Positions 1-12,342 of a stretch of DNA of 64,000 nucleotides are shown here, in pieces. The notes below the pieces were generated by a model. It searched no databases. It saw only the letters and a list, made by a program, of their open reading frames with translations, and had not been told where the DNA came from. Numbering within the stretch: the first letter of the stretch is position 1; every line of letters begins with the position of its first letter. The stretch spans positions 32,001 through 96,000 of the forward strand of contig JBFMCP010000003.1 of the NCBI GenBank assembly GCA_040754455.1, written 5' to 3'. This stretch comes from Nitrospirota bacterium (GTDB taxonomy: Bacteria; Nitrospirota; Thermodesulfovibrionia; Thermodesulfovibrionales; Dissulfurispiraceae). The position numbers were made by a program, and so were the translations under genes.

Positions 1-728
1 GCTTTAATAAAAGTATAGGCCATGCCGCCGCCGACGATAACCTTATCGACCTTGTTTGCAAGGTTCTCGAGCACGCCGATCTTGCCCGATACCTTTGCCC
101 CGCCGAGAATCGCTACAAAGGGCCGCACCGGATTTTCGACCACGCCCTTGAGGTATTCGATCTCCTTCTTCATGAGGAAGCCAGCAGCCGAAGGAAGGAA
201 CTTCGTAATGCCCGCTGTCGAGGCATGGGCCCGGTGCGCTGCTCCGAAGGCGTCATTGACATAGATGTCGGCCAGTTTGGCGAGCGCCTTTGAAAAGGAC
301 TCATCGTTCTTTTCTTCTTCAGGGTGGAATCGAAGGTTCTCGAGGAGGAGGACATCTCCCTCCTTCATCTTTTCGACAAGGTGCTCCACCTGGGAGCCGA
401 CGCAATCAGGGGCGAAGATCACTTCCTTGTTCAAGAGACGCTGAAGTCTCTTGGCGACCGGAGCGAGGCTGAAGCGCGGTTCAACCTTGCCCTTCGGCCT
501 CCCCAGATGAGATGCCAGAATCACCTTTGCGCCTTCGTCGATAGCGTAATTGATGGTCGGAAGCGTCGAGCGTATCCTGCTGTCATCGGTAATGATCATA
601 TTATCATCAAGAGGAACGTTGAAGTCAGCCCGAATAAAGACCCTCTTCCCCTTGATCGGGACATCCTCAATGGTGAGCTTGCCGAGAATATCCTTTATGC
701 CAGCCGGCACATCCCCTCTCCTCGCCAT
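1..728 (-). CDS. pgk: phosphoglycerate kinase, 5' part; runs off the window edge
   Basis: Minus-strand translation [39 protein letters not shown]...SHLGRP...LENLRF...[13 protein letters not shown]...GGAKVSGK; lies directly downstream of gap. Alternative GTG start at 710. Confidence 0.95.
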   Translation of the reverse strand, partial: MARRGDVPAGIKDILGKLTIEDVPIKGKRVFIRADFNVPLDDNMIITDDSRIRSTLPTINYAIDEGAKVILASHLGRPKGKVEPRFSLAPVAKRLQRLLNKEVIFAPDCVGSQVEHLVEKMKEGDVLLLENLRFHPEEEKNDESFSKALAKLADIYVNDAFGAAHRAHASTAGITKFLPSAAGFLMKKEIEYLKGVVENPVRPFVAILGGAKVSGKIGVLENLANKVDKVIVGGGMAYTFIK

Positions 729-730
729 GG

Positions 731-3011
<2,281 letters not shown>

Positions 3012-3132
3012 TTCAGTAAGTTTTAGTGTTCCTGTATGCTTTAGATCTTATAACAAAGAGAGACGTAAAGTTTTTTATATTAGCATGAAACTGGTGGGAA
3101 TTCAATAAGTAATGGTAGAATAACATTGAATC

Positions 3133-4728
3133 ATGAAAAGCAACAACCTAACGCTTGGGGTAAGGTTCGGCTTTATCATAGGTATTATTCTCTTCCTGTT
3201 TTCCGCCTTCTTTTCCCTCATTCTCTATCAGTATTTGAAAACACAGGTGATCAAAGATGCTCGGGAAAAAACAGTGATCATTATGACACAGGTGAAGGCA
3301 TTGGGGGGATACGTCAAGGAAGAGCTGCGTCCAAAGATGTTCGAGCTACTCTCCAAAGCAGGGCTCGAGGAATCCTTTGTCGCCGAGGCAATGTCTTCGA
3401 CCCATGTGAACCTCCACGTCATGAAGCGCTTCAACAAGGAGCTCCCCGATTATATCTACAAGAGGGTTTCCGACACTCCGCTCAACCATGAGAATCGGGC
3501 TGACGAATTCCATCGTCAGATGCTCGATTATTTTAGGAGAAACAGGACCGACCTCTCATGGAAAGGTCTGGTGACTGCGGGAAAACAACAATCGATTATT
3601 TACGTCCTCCCTATTGTTGCAGATCGCTCGTGCCTGGCCTGCCATGGCGAGAAAGCTGCCGCGCTGAAAGCCATCGTCGATCGCTACGGGGATTCGGGCA
3701 GTTTCGGATGGAAGGAGAATACCGTCGTCGGCGTCGAGTCTGTCTCGATACCCCTTACCGTAGCGTTTGCTCATATACGGCAGACTGCCATCGATACCTT
3801 TGTCTTCGGCACATCCACGCTCGGCATACTCTTTTTCGCCCTCACCGGAATATTCAAGTTTCTTGTGACGGCGCCCCTGAATAATCTCTCAAGGTTTTTC
3901 AGAAGCATTGCCAAAGGAGAAGAGCCGCTCGGCAAAAAAATGCCTATTGACCGCCATGACGAAATAGGAGACCTCACCGAATCGTTCAATATTCTTGCGA
4001 AGCACCTCCTGGATGCCCAGGAGCGGCTGAAGCGGACAGCAGCTATTGAGAAGCAGATGATGGAGACCGAAAAGCTCGCGGCCCTCGGCCAGCTCTCGGC
4101 AGGCGTTGCACATGAGATCAACAACCCGCTGGGGGGAATACGTCTCTGCTTCAACAACCTCTTGAATACCGAGATGAGTGAGGAGGCAAGGAGGCAGCAC
4201 GTTGATACGATAACAAAGGGGTTTGACAGGATCCAGAATATCGTAAAGCAGCTCCTCAGTTTCTCCAAAAACACGCCTTTGAGTATCGCGCCTTCTTCCA
4301 TCAATACGATTATCGAGAATGTCCTGAGCCTCACCGAGTATGTAATCGCCCAAAAGGGGATCCGCCTCGTTAAAGGGCTTTCTGAAATTCCTGATCTGAT
4401 GGTCGACGCCAACAAGCTCGAACAGGTGTTTCTCAATCTTATTATTAATGCCGTTCAGGCCATGGAGAGCGGCGGTACGCTGACGATCAGGAGCTGGTAC
4501 CGTGAAACTACCTGTACCGTATCGGTAAGCGATACAGGAAAGGGAATTCCTCGTGATATAATCAGCAAGATATATGATCCCTTCTTCACCACAAAAGAGG
4601 TGGGAGAGGGGACAGGGCTCGGTCTTACGGTGAGCAAGGCGATTATCGAACAGCACAAAGGCAGCATCACGGTCGAAACATCAGGGGAAGGGACGACCTT
4701 CACTGTCACGTTACCTATCGCACCATGA
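3133..4728 (+). CDS. membrane sensor histidine kinase with periplasmic c-type heme domain (DUF3365/Tll0287-like) and HAMP domain
   Basis: Two TM helices flank a domain containing CLACH; HAMP (DEIGDLTESFN); H-box AHEINNPL; N, G1, F and G2 boxes. Confidence 0.9.
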   Translation: MKSNNLTLGVRFGFIIGIILFLFSAFFSLILYQYLKTQVIKDAREKTVIIMTQVKALGGYVKEELRPKMFELLSKAGLEESFVAEAMSSTHVNLHVMKRFNKELPDYIYKRVSDTPLNHENRADEFHRQMLDYFRRNRTDLSWKGLVTAGKQQSIIYVLPIVADRSCLACHGEKAAALKAIVDRYGDSGSFGWKENTVVGVESVSIPLTVAFAHIRQTAIDTFVFGTSTLGILFFALTGIFKFLVTAPLNNLSRFFRSIAKGEEPLGKKMPIDRHDEIGDLTESFNILAKHLLDAQERLKRTAAIEKQMMETEKLAALGQLSAGVAHEINNPLGGIRLCFNNLLNTEMSEEARRQHVDTITKGFDRIQNIVKQLLSFSKNTPLSIAPSSINTIIENVLSLTEYVIAQKGIRLVKGLSEIPDLMVDANKLEQVFLNLIINAVQAMESGGTLTIRSWYRETTCTVSVSDTGKGIPRDIISKIYDPFFTTKEVGEGTGLGLTVSKAIIEQHKGSITVETSGEGTTFTVTLPIAP

Positions 4729-6080
4729 AGAAGCATATTCTCATCATTGAAGACGATCCGATCATGCGGCTCGGCATGAGCCACTTCCTGACCGCCCAGG
4801 ATTACGAGGTATCTCTCTACACCAATGGAAATGAGGGGCTCGATGCTCTCCGAAAAAATACCTATGACCTCGTCATCACCGATCTCAAGCTGCCCGGCAG
4901 GGATGGTTTTGCGATCCTCAAAGAGGCAAAAGAGACAACCCCGAAGACAGGGGTCATCATCATTACCGGCTATGCTGAAGTAAAGGGAGCTGTACAGGCA
5001 ATGAAGGACGGCGCTTTTGACTATATTGCAAAACCCTTCACCAACGAAGAGCTCCTCATTGCAATCGAACGGTTCTTTAAGTTCCAGGGGCTCGAAGATG
5101 AAGTGCTCTATCTGAGAGAGACCCTGAAAGAGCGCGATACCTGCCAGGAGCTTATCGGCATCAGTCCTGCTATAAATGATGTAAAAAGCCGCATCGAGGC
5201 GGTGGCGGGCACGGATATCCCGGTGCTCATCCAGGGAGAGAGCGGCACCGGCAAAGAGCTCGTCGCGAATGCGATCCACCGGCTCAGCGGAAGGGGCAAT
5301 AAGCCCTTTATCAAAATAAACTGCGCTGCCATACCCGAAACGCTCTTCGAATCGGAGCTCTTCGGATACGAGAAGGGGGCCTTCACCGGGGCAACGGAAG
5401 CGAGAAAGGGAAAATTTGAATTCGCCGGCAGCGGCACCATCTTCTTTGACGAAATCGGTGATATACCGCTCTCGCTGCAATCAAAGCTCTTGAGGGTCCT
5501 GGAGGATAATGTCATCACCAGGCTCGGTGGGAACACCTCTATAAAGGTTGATGTAAGGAGCATCTACGCGACCAGCAAAAACCTGAAAGAGCGCGTTGCT
5601 GCGGGGAGTTTCAGAGATGACCTCTTCTATCGGATCAATGTAGTACCCATCATCATTCCACCGCTCAGAGAGCGGAGAGAGGATATTCAGCCCCTTATCA
5701 ATAGCTTCCTTGGGTGTTTCAGGGAAAAATTCGGCAAGAAGGGCCTGACGCTGTCACAGCCTGCTCTCGATGCCCTTCTCTCTTACCATTACCCGGGAAA
5801 TGTGCGGGAGCTGAAGCATGCTATCGAGCAGGCAGCAGTGCTCTCGAAGGATGGCCTCATCACCCTGAAGCACCTCCCTAATGAAATCTCCGGTGCAGCC
5901 GAGATAATTCCCTGCATTAAGGAAAACCTCTCGCTCGAGGAGAGCGTGAAGTGCTTTGAGCGGCAAAAAATCGTCAAAGCCCTCAATGATGCAGGAGGAA
6001 GAAAGATCGAGGCTGCCAGGCTCCTCGGCATCAGCAGAAAAGTCCTCTGGAAAAAGCTTAAAAAGTATGCATTAGAATAA
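4725..6080 (+). CDS. sigma54-dependent response regulator (NtrC/AtoC family)
   Basis: REC domain, GESGTGKE, GAFTGA, C-terminal Fis-type HTH; ATGA overlap with the kinase gene. Confidence 0.95.
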   Translation: MKKHILIIEDDPIMRLGMSHFLTAQDYEVSLYTNGNEGLDALRKNTYDLVITDLKLPGRDGFAILKEAKETTPKTGVIIITGYAEVKGAVQAMKDGAFDYIAKPFTNEELLIAIERFFKFQGLEDEVLYLRETLKERDTCQELIGISPAINDVKSRIEAVAGTDIPVLIQGESGTGKELVANAIHRLSGRGNKPFIKINCAAIPETLFESELFGYEKGAFTGATEARKGKFEFAGSGTIFFDEIGDIPLSLQSKLLRVLEDNVITRLGGNTSIKVDVRSIYATSKNLKERVAAGSFRDDLFYRINVVPIIIPPLRERREDIQPLINSFLGCFREKFGKKGLTLSQPALDALLSYHYPGNVRELKHAIEQAAVLSKDGLITLKHLPNEISGAAEIIPCIKENLSLEESVKCFERQKIVKALNDAGGRKIEAARLLGISRKVLWKKLKKYALE

Positions 6081-6128
6081 GTTCCCAAAAGGAAACACCC
6101 GCTGCACCAAATGTTCCCCTCCGGGAAC
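6081..6128. promoter_or_regulatory. two palindromic candidate enhancer (UAS) sites, GTTCCC-N4-GG(G/A)AAC
   Basis: GTTCCCaaaaGGAAAC (6081-6096) and GTTCCCctccGGGAAC (6113-6128), 32 bp apart, upstream of a -24/-12 promoter. Confidence 0.65.
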
Positions 6129-6182
6129 GTGACCTATCCTGCTTTCTTTTCAATTCTCTTAATTCCCAGCAGCTTAACAACG

Positions 6183-6198
6183 TGGTATTTTATTTGCT
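6183..6198 (+). promoter_or_regulatory. sigma54 (-24/-12) promoter of the exporter
   Basis: TGGTATtttatTTGCT: GG 6184-85, N10, GC 6196-97. Confidence 0.7.
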
Positions 6199-6345
6199 AA
6201 CAATTTTGTGTGCAATAAAAGCACCTATCAAAGATAAAAGGATAGTGTGCGACTACCTTTGAATTTAAGGAGGTGATAGCGGTACGAACATAGCAGGGCA
6301 AAGGGGGTTTTAGAACCGTTTCTTGAACAAAAAGGGGGTTTATGC

Positions 6346-8163
6346 ATGCAAGAAAAACGTATCGATGAAGACAAATTGACTGAAGCGCACTGCGACAATC
6401 CCGAAACGTGCAAGCCTGCACCAAAAAAAGGGATCAGCGAGGACTGGCTCTCCTTGATACTTGGTCTGTTTATCTTTGTCCTTTCTCTCGGGGTATTTGG
6501 CGGAGTAGATATACTCGGATGGGGAATCAGCACCAAGATATGGACGGACCCTGCAAAAGCAACCGCTCCCGTATCAAAAACCTACCAATCAGTAAAAGGC
6601 GAGATCACCAAAATCGACGGTCAGAAGCTTACCTTGAAAAAGGCTGACGGCAAGGAGGAGACGATTACCGTTAAAGAAGACACCTCCGGGCTTAAGGTCG
6701 GCGACAAGTATGAGAAGAAAGGCCTGTCCGGCATTGCCTCGCTGGTACTCACCTATCTTGTTATGATGGTCATTATGGGGATAGGCGCAAAGATGTTAGG
6801 CACCGATGTCAAGAAATTCGCGATCGGCTTCACCCTCGTATTCTGGATAGGCTATCTCTGCTGGTTCCTTGGCCACTATGCGTATATAGCTGCGACAAAG
6901 AACCAGTTGAAAAACTTCAACATTCCCTGGTCTTTGAGCCTGACCGGTGAGGCAGGATTCATTATCGCCCTTATTGCGGGACTGGTCGTAGGGAACTTCT
7001 TTCCGAAGCTCTCTGAGACATTGAAAGAGGCTTCAAGGCCCGAGCTCTATATAAAAACCGCTATCGTTATCATGGGAGCAGGGTTGGGTCTGAAGTCAGC
7101 CGAGTCGCTGAGCCTTGCAACGAACGTTATGTTCAGAGGTCTCTGCGCTATTGTTGAAGCCTACCTGATTTACTGGGCGGTCGTCTACTTCGTCGCACGC
7201 AAGTACTTCAAGTTCAGCAGGGAATGGGCGGCACCCCTCGCTTCTGGCATATCGATCTGCGGTGTCTCTGCATCAATAGCAACGGGTGGCGCCATCAGGG
7301 CACGTCCGGTGGTGCCGATCATGGTTTCATCGCTGGTCGTTATCTTCGCCGTGGTTGAGATGATCATTCTTCCCTTCATCGCCCAGACGACCCTTTGGAG
7401 CGAGCCGCTGGTAGCAGGCGCCTGGATGGGGCTTGCCGTCAAGACCGACGGCGGCGCCGTAGCGAGCGGCGCGATCACCGACGCACTCATCAGGGCAAAG
7501 GCGCTCGAAATGGAAGGAATCAACTACAAGGCCGACTGGATAACGATGACCGCCACTACCGTAAAGATGTTCATCGATATCTTCATCGGCATATGGGCAT
7601 TCATCCTCGCCATAATCTGGTGCACGAAGATCGAATGCAAGGAAGGACAGAAGGTCCAGCCCATCGAGATCTGGCACCGTTTCCCGAAATTCGTCATCGG
7701 CTATGCCCTTACGTTCTTCCTCATCCTGGCAATCTGCTGGCCGGCAGCCAATGCGATATCGCCGGTCGACAAGGAAATTAAAACAGCAAAGGATGAAATT
7801 GCGTCGATAGAGAAGCAGCTCCCCGCTACAACGGATCCCGCAGCGAAAGCGGCGTTAACCGCTAAGATGAACGCTGCCAAAGACAGAATCAAGGGGCTTG
7901 AGGCAGAGATCAAAGCGCCGAAGGCTACCATGGCTGCAGCAAAGACCGCAACGGATGAGGGCAACGTCTTCAGAGTCATGTTCTTTGTCCTCACCTTCTT
8001 CACCATCGGTATCGTCTCCAATTTCAAGAAGCTGTGGGAAGAGGGTATCGGCAAACTTGCGGCGGTGTATATACTCTGCCTCTTCGGCTTCATCATCTGG
8101 ATAGGGCTCTTCATATCATGGCTCTTCTTCCATGGCGTGAAGCCGCCGGTCATCACGGGATAG
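6346..8163 (+). CDS. putative sulfate exporter family (YeiH/PF03601-like) membrane protein with extra soluble insertions
   Basis: Many TM segments; IKTAIVIMG, SICGVSASIA, GAWMGLAVKTDGGA and FPKFVIGY motifs. Confidence 0.85.
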   Translation: MQEKRIDEDKLTEAHCDNPETCKPAPKKGISEDWLSLILGLFIFVLSLGVFGGVDILGWGISTKIWTDPAKATAPVSKTYQSVKGEITKIDGQKLTLKKADGKEETITVKEDTSGLKVGDKYEKKGLSGIASLVLTYLVMMVIMGIGAKMLGTDVKKFAIGFTLVFWIGYLCWFLGHYAYIAATKNQLKNFNIPWSLSLTGEAGFIIALIAGLVVGNFFPKLSETLKEASRPELYIKTAIVIMGAGLGLKSAESLSLATNVMFRGLCAIVEAYLIYWAVVYFVARKYFKFSREWAAPLASGISICGVSASIATGGAIRARPVVPIMVSSLVVIFAVVEMIILPFIAQTTLWSEPLVAGAWMGLAVKTDGGAVASGAITDALIRAKALEMEGINYKADWITMTATTVKMFIDIFIGIWAFILAIIWCTKIECKEGQKVQPIEIWHRFPKFVIGYALTFFLILAICWPAANAISPVDKEIKTAKDEIASIEKQLPATTDPAAKAALTAKMNAAKDRIKGLEAEIKAPKATMAAAKTATDEGNVFRVMFFVLTFFTIGIVSNFKKLWEEGIGKLAAVYILCLFGFIIWIGLFISWLFFHGVKPPVITG

Positions 8164-8187
8164 CACGACAAAAAGGAGGATATAGTC

Positions 8188-8373
8188 ATGGCTGAAATAA
8201 AAGCAACGGCAGCAGGACAACCGAAACTTTCTGAAGAGTTGAAGAAGATGGATGCCGAATACGAGCCGCTGCTTCCGGTGGAGAAAAAGCTGATCGGCTG
8301 GAGCGTCGGCCTGGGCGTCGGGCTGCTCTTTTTTCTTTACTGGGTGAGCAGCACCTTCTTCGGAGGCCACTGA
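8188..8373 (+). CDS. small single-TM membrane protein, probable partner of the exporter
   Basis: Strong AGGAGG RBS; EYEPLLPVEKKLIGWS followed by one hydrophobic helix. Confidence 0.8.
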   Translation: MAEIKATAAGQPKLSEELKKMDAEYEPLLPVEKKLIGWSVGLGVGLLFFLYWVSSTFFGGH

Positions 8374-8382
8374 CAACATTAC

Positions 8383-8413
8383 GCCTCCCGTCTCCGAGCC
8401 GGAGGCGGGAGGC
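8383..8413. terminator. GC-rich hairpin between convergent genes
   Basis: GCCTCCCGTCTCCG-agc-CGGAGGCGGGAGGC. Confidence 0.6.
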
Positions 8414-8417
8414 ATAC

Positions 8418-8681
8418 CTAAAACCTCATTTCATGGTAGAGCCGCTCTATCTCCCGCGCTCTCTCTTCCCACCGCTTCAGCGCATTGTATTCTTTAAGCC
8501 AGGCGGAGGCATCTCTTTCGCTTGTCGTTAGATTGCCGCTGCTCTGTTTTTGAATAAACTCCTCTGTGGTCATGCCATGCTTTTCTTCGAACTTCCGCAG
8601 CGTTTTGCGGATCTTCTGCACTATCTTTCTGCAGGAGTTCAGCTCCCGTGAGAGAGAAATGGCATATTCATCGGTGTGCAT
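8418..8681 (-). CDS. hypothetical helical protein
   Basis: 87-aa ORF with RBS (GAGGG), co-directional and downstream of nrdR; FEEKHGMTTEEF motif. Confidence 0.7.
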   Translation of the reverse strand: MHTDEYAISLSRELNSCRKIVQKIRKTLRKFEEKHGMTTEEFIQKQSSGNLTTSERDASAWLKEYNALKRWEERAREIERLYHEMRF

Positions 8682-8700
8682 TCCCTCGTCACCCCATAAT

Positions 8701-9171
8701 TTACTTCTTCTTCAATTCCTTCATATCGAAGAGGGCCTTTACCTCTTCCATGAGGTCGTTGATATCCTTGAACTGCCGGTAGACCGAGGCAAAGCGTACA
8801 TAGGCGACCTTGTCGAGCTCTTTGAGGGCCGCCATGATCTCCTCTCCCACCCAGGAGCTGTTGATCTCCTTGACTCCCATGCTCATCAGCTTTTTCTGAA
8901 TAGAGTTCTCTACCTCTTCGAGTTTAGAAATGGGGATCGGCCGCTTTTCGCAGGCCTTCTTGAGGCCGGTGAGTATTTTGTGGCTGTCGAAGAACTCCCG
9001 GCTCCCGTCTTTCTTGATGACCATGGGGAGGGGGTCTTCGACCCGTTCATAGGAGGTGAACCGCTGCGCACATTTGAGACACTCCCGGCGGCGGCGAATG
9101 ACGTCGCCCTCTTTGCTCGTCCTGGAATCGATGACCTTGTCCTCAATGCTGCCGCAGAAAGGGCATTTCAT
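8701..9171 (-). CDS. nrdR: transcriptional repressor NrdR
   Basis: MKCPFC...IRRRREC..C..RFTSYE zinc ribbon, ATP cone, VAYVRFASVY. Confidence 0.97.
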   Translation of the reverse strand: MKCPFCGSIEDKVIDSRTSKEGDVIRRRRECLKCAQRFTSYERVEDPLPMVIKKDGSREFFDSHKILTGLKKACEKRPIPISKLEEVENSIQKKLMSMGVKEINSSWVGEEIMAALKELDKVAYVRFASVYRQFKDINDLMEEVKALFDMKELKKK

Positions 9172-9173
9172 GG

Positions 9174-10412
9174 TCAGTAGATGGGATGCTTATCGCAGAG
9201 CTGCTTTACCCGTTTGTTCATATCGGTGATGACCGAAGGGGCGTCGATGTTCTTGATGACCGTTGCAATAATGTCCGCTATTTCATCCATCTCCGCTTCA
9301 CCCATGCCCCGTGTCGTCACACACGGAGTCCCGAGCCGTATGCCGCTTGTGATAGTCGGCGGCTTGGTATCATGGGGAATCGCATTCTTGTTCGCCGTAA
9401 TACCTGCCCTGTCCAGGGCTTCTTCCGCATCCTTCCCTGTCACATTCATGTTGGTCAGATCGACCAGCATCAGGTGGTTATCGGTGCCGCCGGAGATGAT
9501 GGTGAAGCCGCGCTCGATCAGGCCCTCAGCAAGCCTCTTTGCATTGCTCACAATCCTTTTCTGATACTCCTTGAACTCCGGGCTCAATGCCTCTTTGAAC
9601 GCCACCGCCTTCGCTGCAATGACGTGGACAAGAGGGCCTCCCTGAATGCCGGGGAAGATCGCCTTATCGACCGCCTTTGCAAAGTCCGCTTTGCACATGA
9701 TCATGCCGCCCCTCGGTCCCCTCAGGGTCTTATGCGTCGTTGTTGTAACAAAATCGGCGTATGCAACCGGCGAGGGATGCTGGCCTGCGGCAATTAATCC
9801 TGCGATATGCGCGATATCCGCGAGCAAATAGGCTCCCACCTCTTTGGCGATATCGGAAAATGCCTTGAAATCGATCGTGCGTGAATAGGCGCTTGCACCG
9901 ACAACGATCATTTTCGGCCGGTACTGACGCGCCGCAGCTTTTACTTCGTCCATATCCAGATAGCCGGTCGCTCTATTGACCCCATACGATACACAATTAT
10001 AGAGCATGCCGGTGAAATTGACCGATGCGCCGTGCGAGAGGTGGCCGCCGTGGGCCAGGCTCATCCCGAGAATAGTGTCGCCCGGTTTCAGGCAGGAGAA
10101 ATAGGCCGCCATGTTCGCCTGGCTGCCGGAATGAGGCTGAACGTTGACATGGTCCGCGCCGAAGAGCTCCTTTGCCCTCTCGATAGCACGCTGTTCGACG
10201 ACGTCGGCATACTCGCAGCCGCCGTAGTAGCGCCTGCCGGGATATCCCTCAGCGTACTTGTTCGTCAGCACCGACCCCTGGGCCTCAAGGACTGCGTTGC
10301 TCACGTAGTTCTCCGAAGCGATGAGGAGTATCTTGTTCTGCTCCCGCACTTTTTCATTCTGGATCGCCTCGTAGACTTCAGGGTCAGCCGACTTGAGATG
10401 CTCGAAATTCAT
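9174..10412 (-). CDS. glyA: serine hydroxymethyltransferase
   Basis: [37 protein letters not shown]. Confidence 0.98.
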   Translation of the reverse strand: MNFEHLKSADPEVYEAIQNEKVREQNKILLIASENYVSNAVLEAQGSVLTNKYAEGYPGRRYYGGCEYADVVEQRAIERAKELFGADHVNVQPHSGSQANMAAYFSCLKPGDTILGMSLAHGGHLSHGASVNFTGMLYNCVSYGVNRATGYLDMDEVKAAARQYRPKMIVVGASAYSRTIDFKAFSDIAKEVGAYLLADIAHIAGLIAAGQHPSPVAYADFVTTTTHKTLRGPRGGMIMCKADFAKAVDKAIFPGIQGGPLVHVIAAKAVAFKEALSPEFKEYQKRIVSNAKRLAEGLIERGFTIISGGTDNHLMLVDLTNMNVTGKDAEEALDRAGITANKNAIPHDTKPPTITSGIRLGTPCVTTRGMGEAEMDEIADIIATVIKNIDAPSVITDMNKRVKQLCDKHPIY

Positions 10413-10450
10413 TACCGTGTACCTGCTGCGGTTCCCGAGACCAGTGCCGG

Positions 10451-10921
10451 TCAGTCTTTCCGGGAACCTCCTTTCATAAGCATTTTATCTTCGATAAGAT
10501 GGATTTTTTTCAGCCTGTTGTCATGCCGCCCGCCCTCGAACGGCGTGGTCAGCCAGGTCCTCACGATCTCTTTGGCGAGGTCCTTGCCGATGATCCTGCC
10601 ACCGAGGACAAGTATGTTGGCGTCATTATGGAGTCTGCTCATCTTTGCTGAGAAGAGCTCATTGCAGAGTGCTGCACGCACATTGGCGAACTTGTTGGCA
10701 ACAATGGACATGCCGATTCCCGTGCCGCAGATCAGAATTCCCCGCTCCACAGTACCGGAAGAGACCGCCTCGGAAACTTTTTCGCCGAAATCCGGATAAT
10801 CAACTGATTGCGGCGTATCGGTGCCGTAATCGGTGCACTCATGACCAAGCCCTTTCAGAACCGAGATGATCTCCAGCTTCAGTTCGAGTCCGGCATGGTC
10901 CGAACCTATAGCAATACGCAT
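10451..10921 (-). CDS. rpiB: ribose-5-phosphate isomerase B
   Basis: [30 protein letters not shown]. Confidence 0.96.
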   Translation of the reverse strand: MRIAIGSDHAGLELKLEIISVLKGLGHECTDYGTDTPQSVDYPDFGEKVSEAVSSGTVERGILICGTGIGMSIVANKFANVRAALCNELFSAKMSRLHNDANILVLGGRIIGKDLAKEIVRTWLTTPFEGGRHDNRLKKIHLIEDKMLMKGGSRKD

Positions 10922-11065
10922 GTATCCTCCTCTTGAAAAGAGCCTGCAGCCGGCGCCGGAAGGGCACGCAAAGGGGCTTGCTCCTGTGTCTAACTATTAT
11001 ACGTGATACAACTCTGGAGAGAAATATCTTATCTAAGGGGGGAAAGGTAAGTCAAGAAAGGCACG

Positions 11066-11371
11066 TCAGCCCTTGAGATAGCGGAACAGCGCACGCACAT
11101 CCTCTTCCGATAGATGACTGTAGCTTGGCATCTCGGTTCGAGGGTTATGTTCCTCAGGATTTCGTATCTGATTCCTTATCCACGGATAGTCTCTCCGGCG
11201 GGTGACATTGGTAAGATCAGGCCCGGTGCCGCCGCCCTTCCCTTTGAAAAGATGGCAGTGAATGCATCCTTCCTCGACAAAGAGTTTTTCTCCGCGAGAA
11301 GACGAACAGGCAGTGAGCGCCATTACGATTATTGCGATGGCCGCAATCGGCAAATGGGTGCATCGGTGCAT
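11066..11371 (-). CDS. monoheme cytochrome c lipoprotein
   Basis: Lipobox LTAC, CIHCH, GPDL, distal Met in EMPSY. Start placed at the second Met (uncertain). Confidence 0.8.
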   Translation of the reverse strand: MHRCTHLPIAAIAIIVMALTACSSSRGEKLFVEEGCIHCHLFKGKGGGTGPDLTNVTRRRDYPWIRNQIRNPEEHNPRTEMPSYSHLSEEDVRALFRYLKG

Positions 11372-11433
11372 CGGTGAGTTGGAGAAACATCCTCTGGGGA
11401 TTATGTTATACAATGTTTCTTAGTCCGACTCAC

Positions 11434-12342
11434 CTATTCACCAAGCAAAAATTCCAGCAGCGCCTTTTCAGTATGCATCCTGTTTTCGGCCTGATCAAAG
11501 ACTGCACTGCACGGCCCGTCGAGAACTTCATCCGTTATTTCCTGACCTCTGTAGGCAGGGAGGCAATGGAGCACAAGGGCATCTTTCTTAGCACACTGCA
11601 GCAGCTGTTGGTTGATCTGATATCCCTTGAACTTCGCCTTCTTCTTTTCCGCCTCTGCCTCCTGGCCCATGCTCACCCATACATCCGTGTAAATCACATC
11701 AGCCCTGCCCGCCGCCTCTTTCGGATCCCTGAGCACAACGATTTCACCTTCAGCATTCCGTTGTGCGTTCTCTATGATCTCGGGATCAGGCTCATAGCCT
11801 TCAGGACTCGCAACGATAACATCGATGCCGGTAAGGGCCGCGGCTTCTATCAGCGAGTTGGCCACGTTGTTCCCATCGCCTATATAGGCAAGCCGTATGC
11901 CTTTGAGCGCTCCCTTTCTCTCCAGAATAGTCATGAGGTCGGCAAGGGCCTGGCAGGGATGGTGCCGGTCGGAGAGCCCGTTTACCACAGGGACGGTGGC
12001 GTGCGCTGCAAACTCCTCTATGGAGGCATGGGTATTTGTCCTCAGTACGATGCCGTTCAAATAGCGCGAGAGCACCCGGGCGGTATCGGCAATCGACTCT
12101 CCTCTGCCGAGCTGTAGCTCCTTCGGGTTGAGATAGATCGATTGCGCGCCGAGCTGGTAAATAGCGACCTCGAAGGAGACGCGCGTTCTCGTCGAGGGTT
12201 TTTCGAAAAAGAGCCCGATGCTCTTACCGATCAGCGGACATTTATTCCTATCGATCCCTGCTTTGAATGCAAGCGAACGCTTGAGCAGGACATCGATTTC
12301 ATCCTTCGCGAGATCACTGACGGTGAGGAAGTCGCGCTTCAT
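11434..12342 (-). CDS. argF: ornithine carbamoyltransferase
   Basis: STRTRVSF, HPCQALAD, YTDVWVSMG, HCLP. Confidence 0.97.
   Translation of the reverse strand: MKRDFLTVSDLAKDEIDVLLKRSLAFKAGIDRNKCPLIGKSIGLFFEKPSTRTRVSFEVAIYQLGAQSIYLNPKELQLGRGESIADTARVLSRYLNGIVLRTNTHASIEEFAAHATVPVVNGLSDRHHPCQALADLMTILERKGALKGIRLAYIGDGNNVANSLIEAAALTGIDVIVASPEGYEPDPEIIENAQRNAEGEIVVLRDPKEAAGRADVIYTDVWVSMGQEAEAEKKKAKFKGYQINQQLLQCAKKDALVLHCLPAYRGQEITDEVLDGPCSAVFDQAENRMHTEKALLEFLLGE

Noticed and set aside
8418..8681. Orphan antitoxin call for the 87-aa protein
   Set aside because: The FEEKHGMTTEEF motif is suggestive, but there is no adjacent toxin and I cannot confirm the family.
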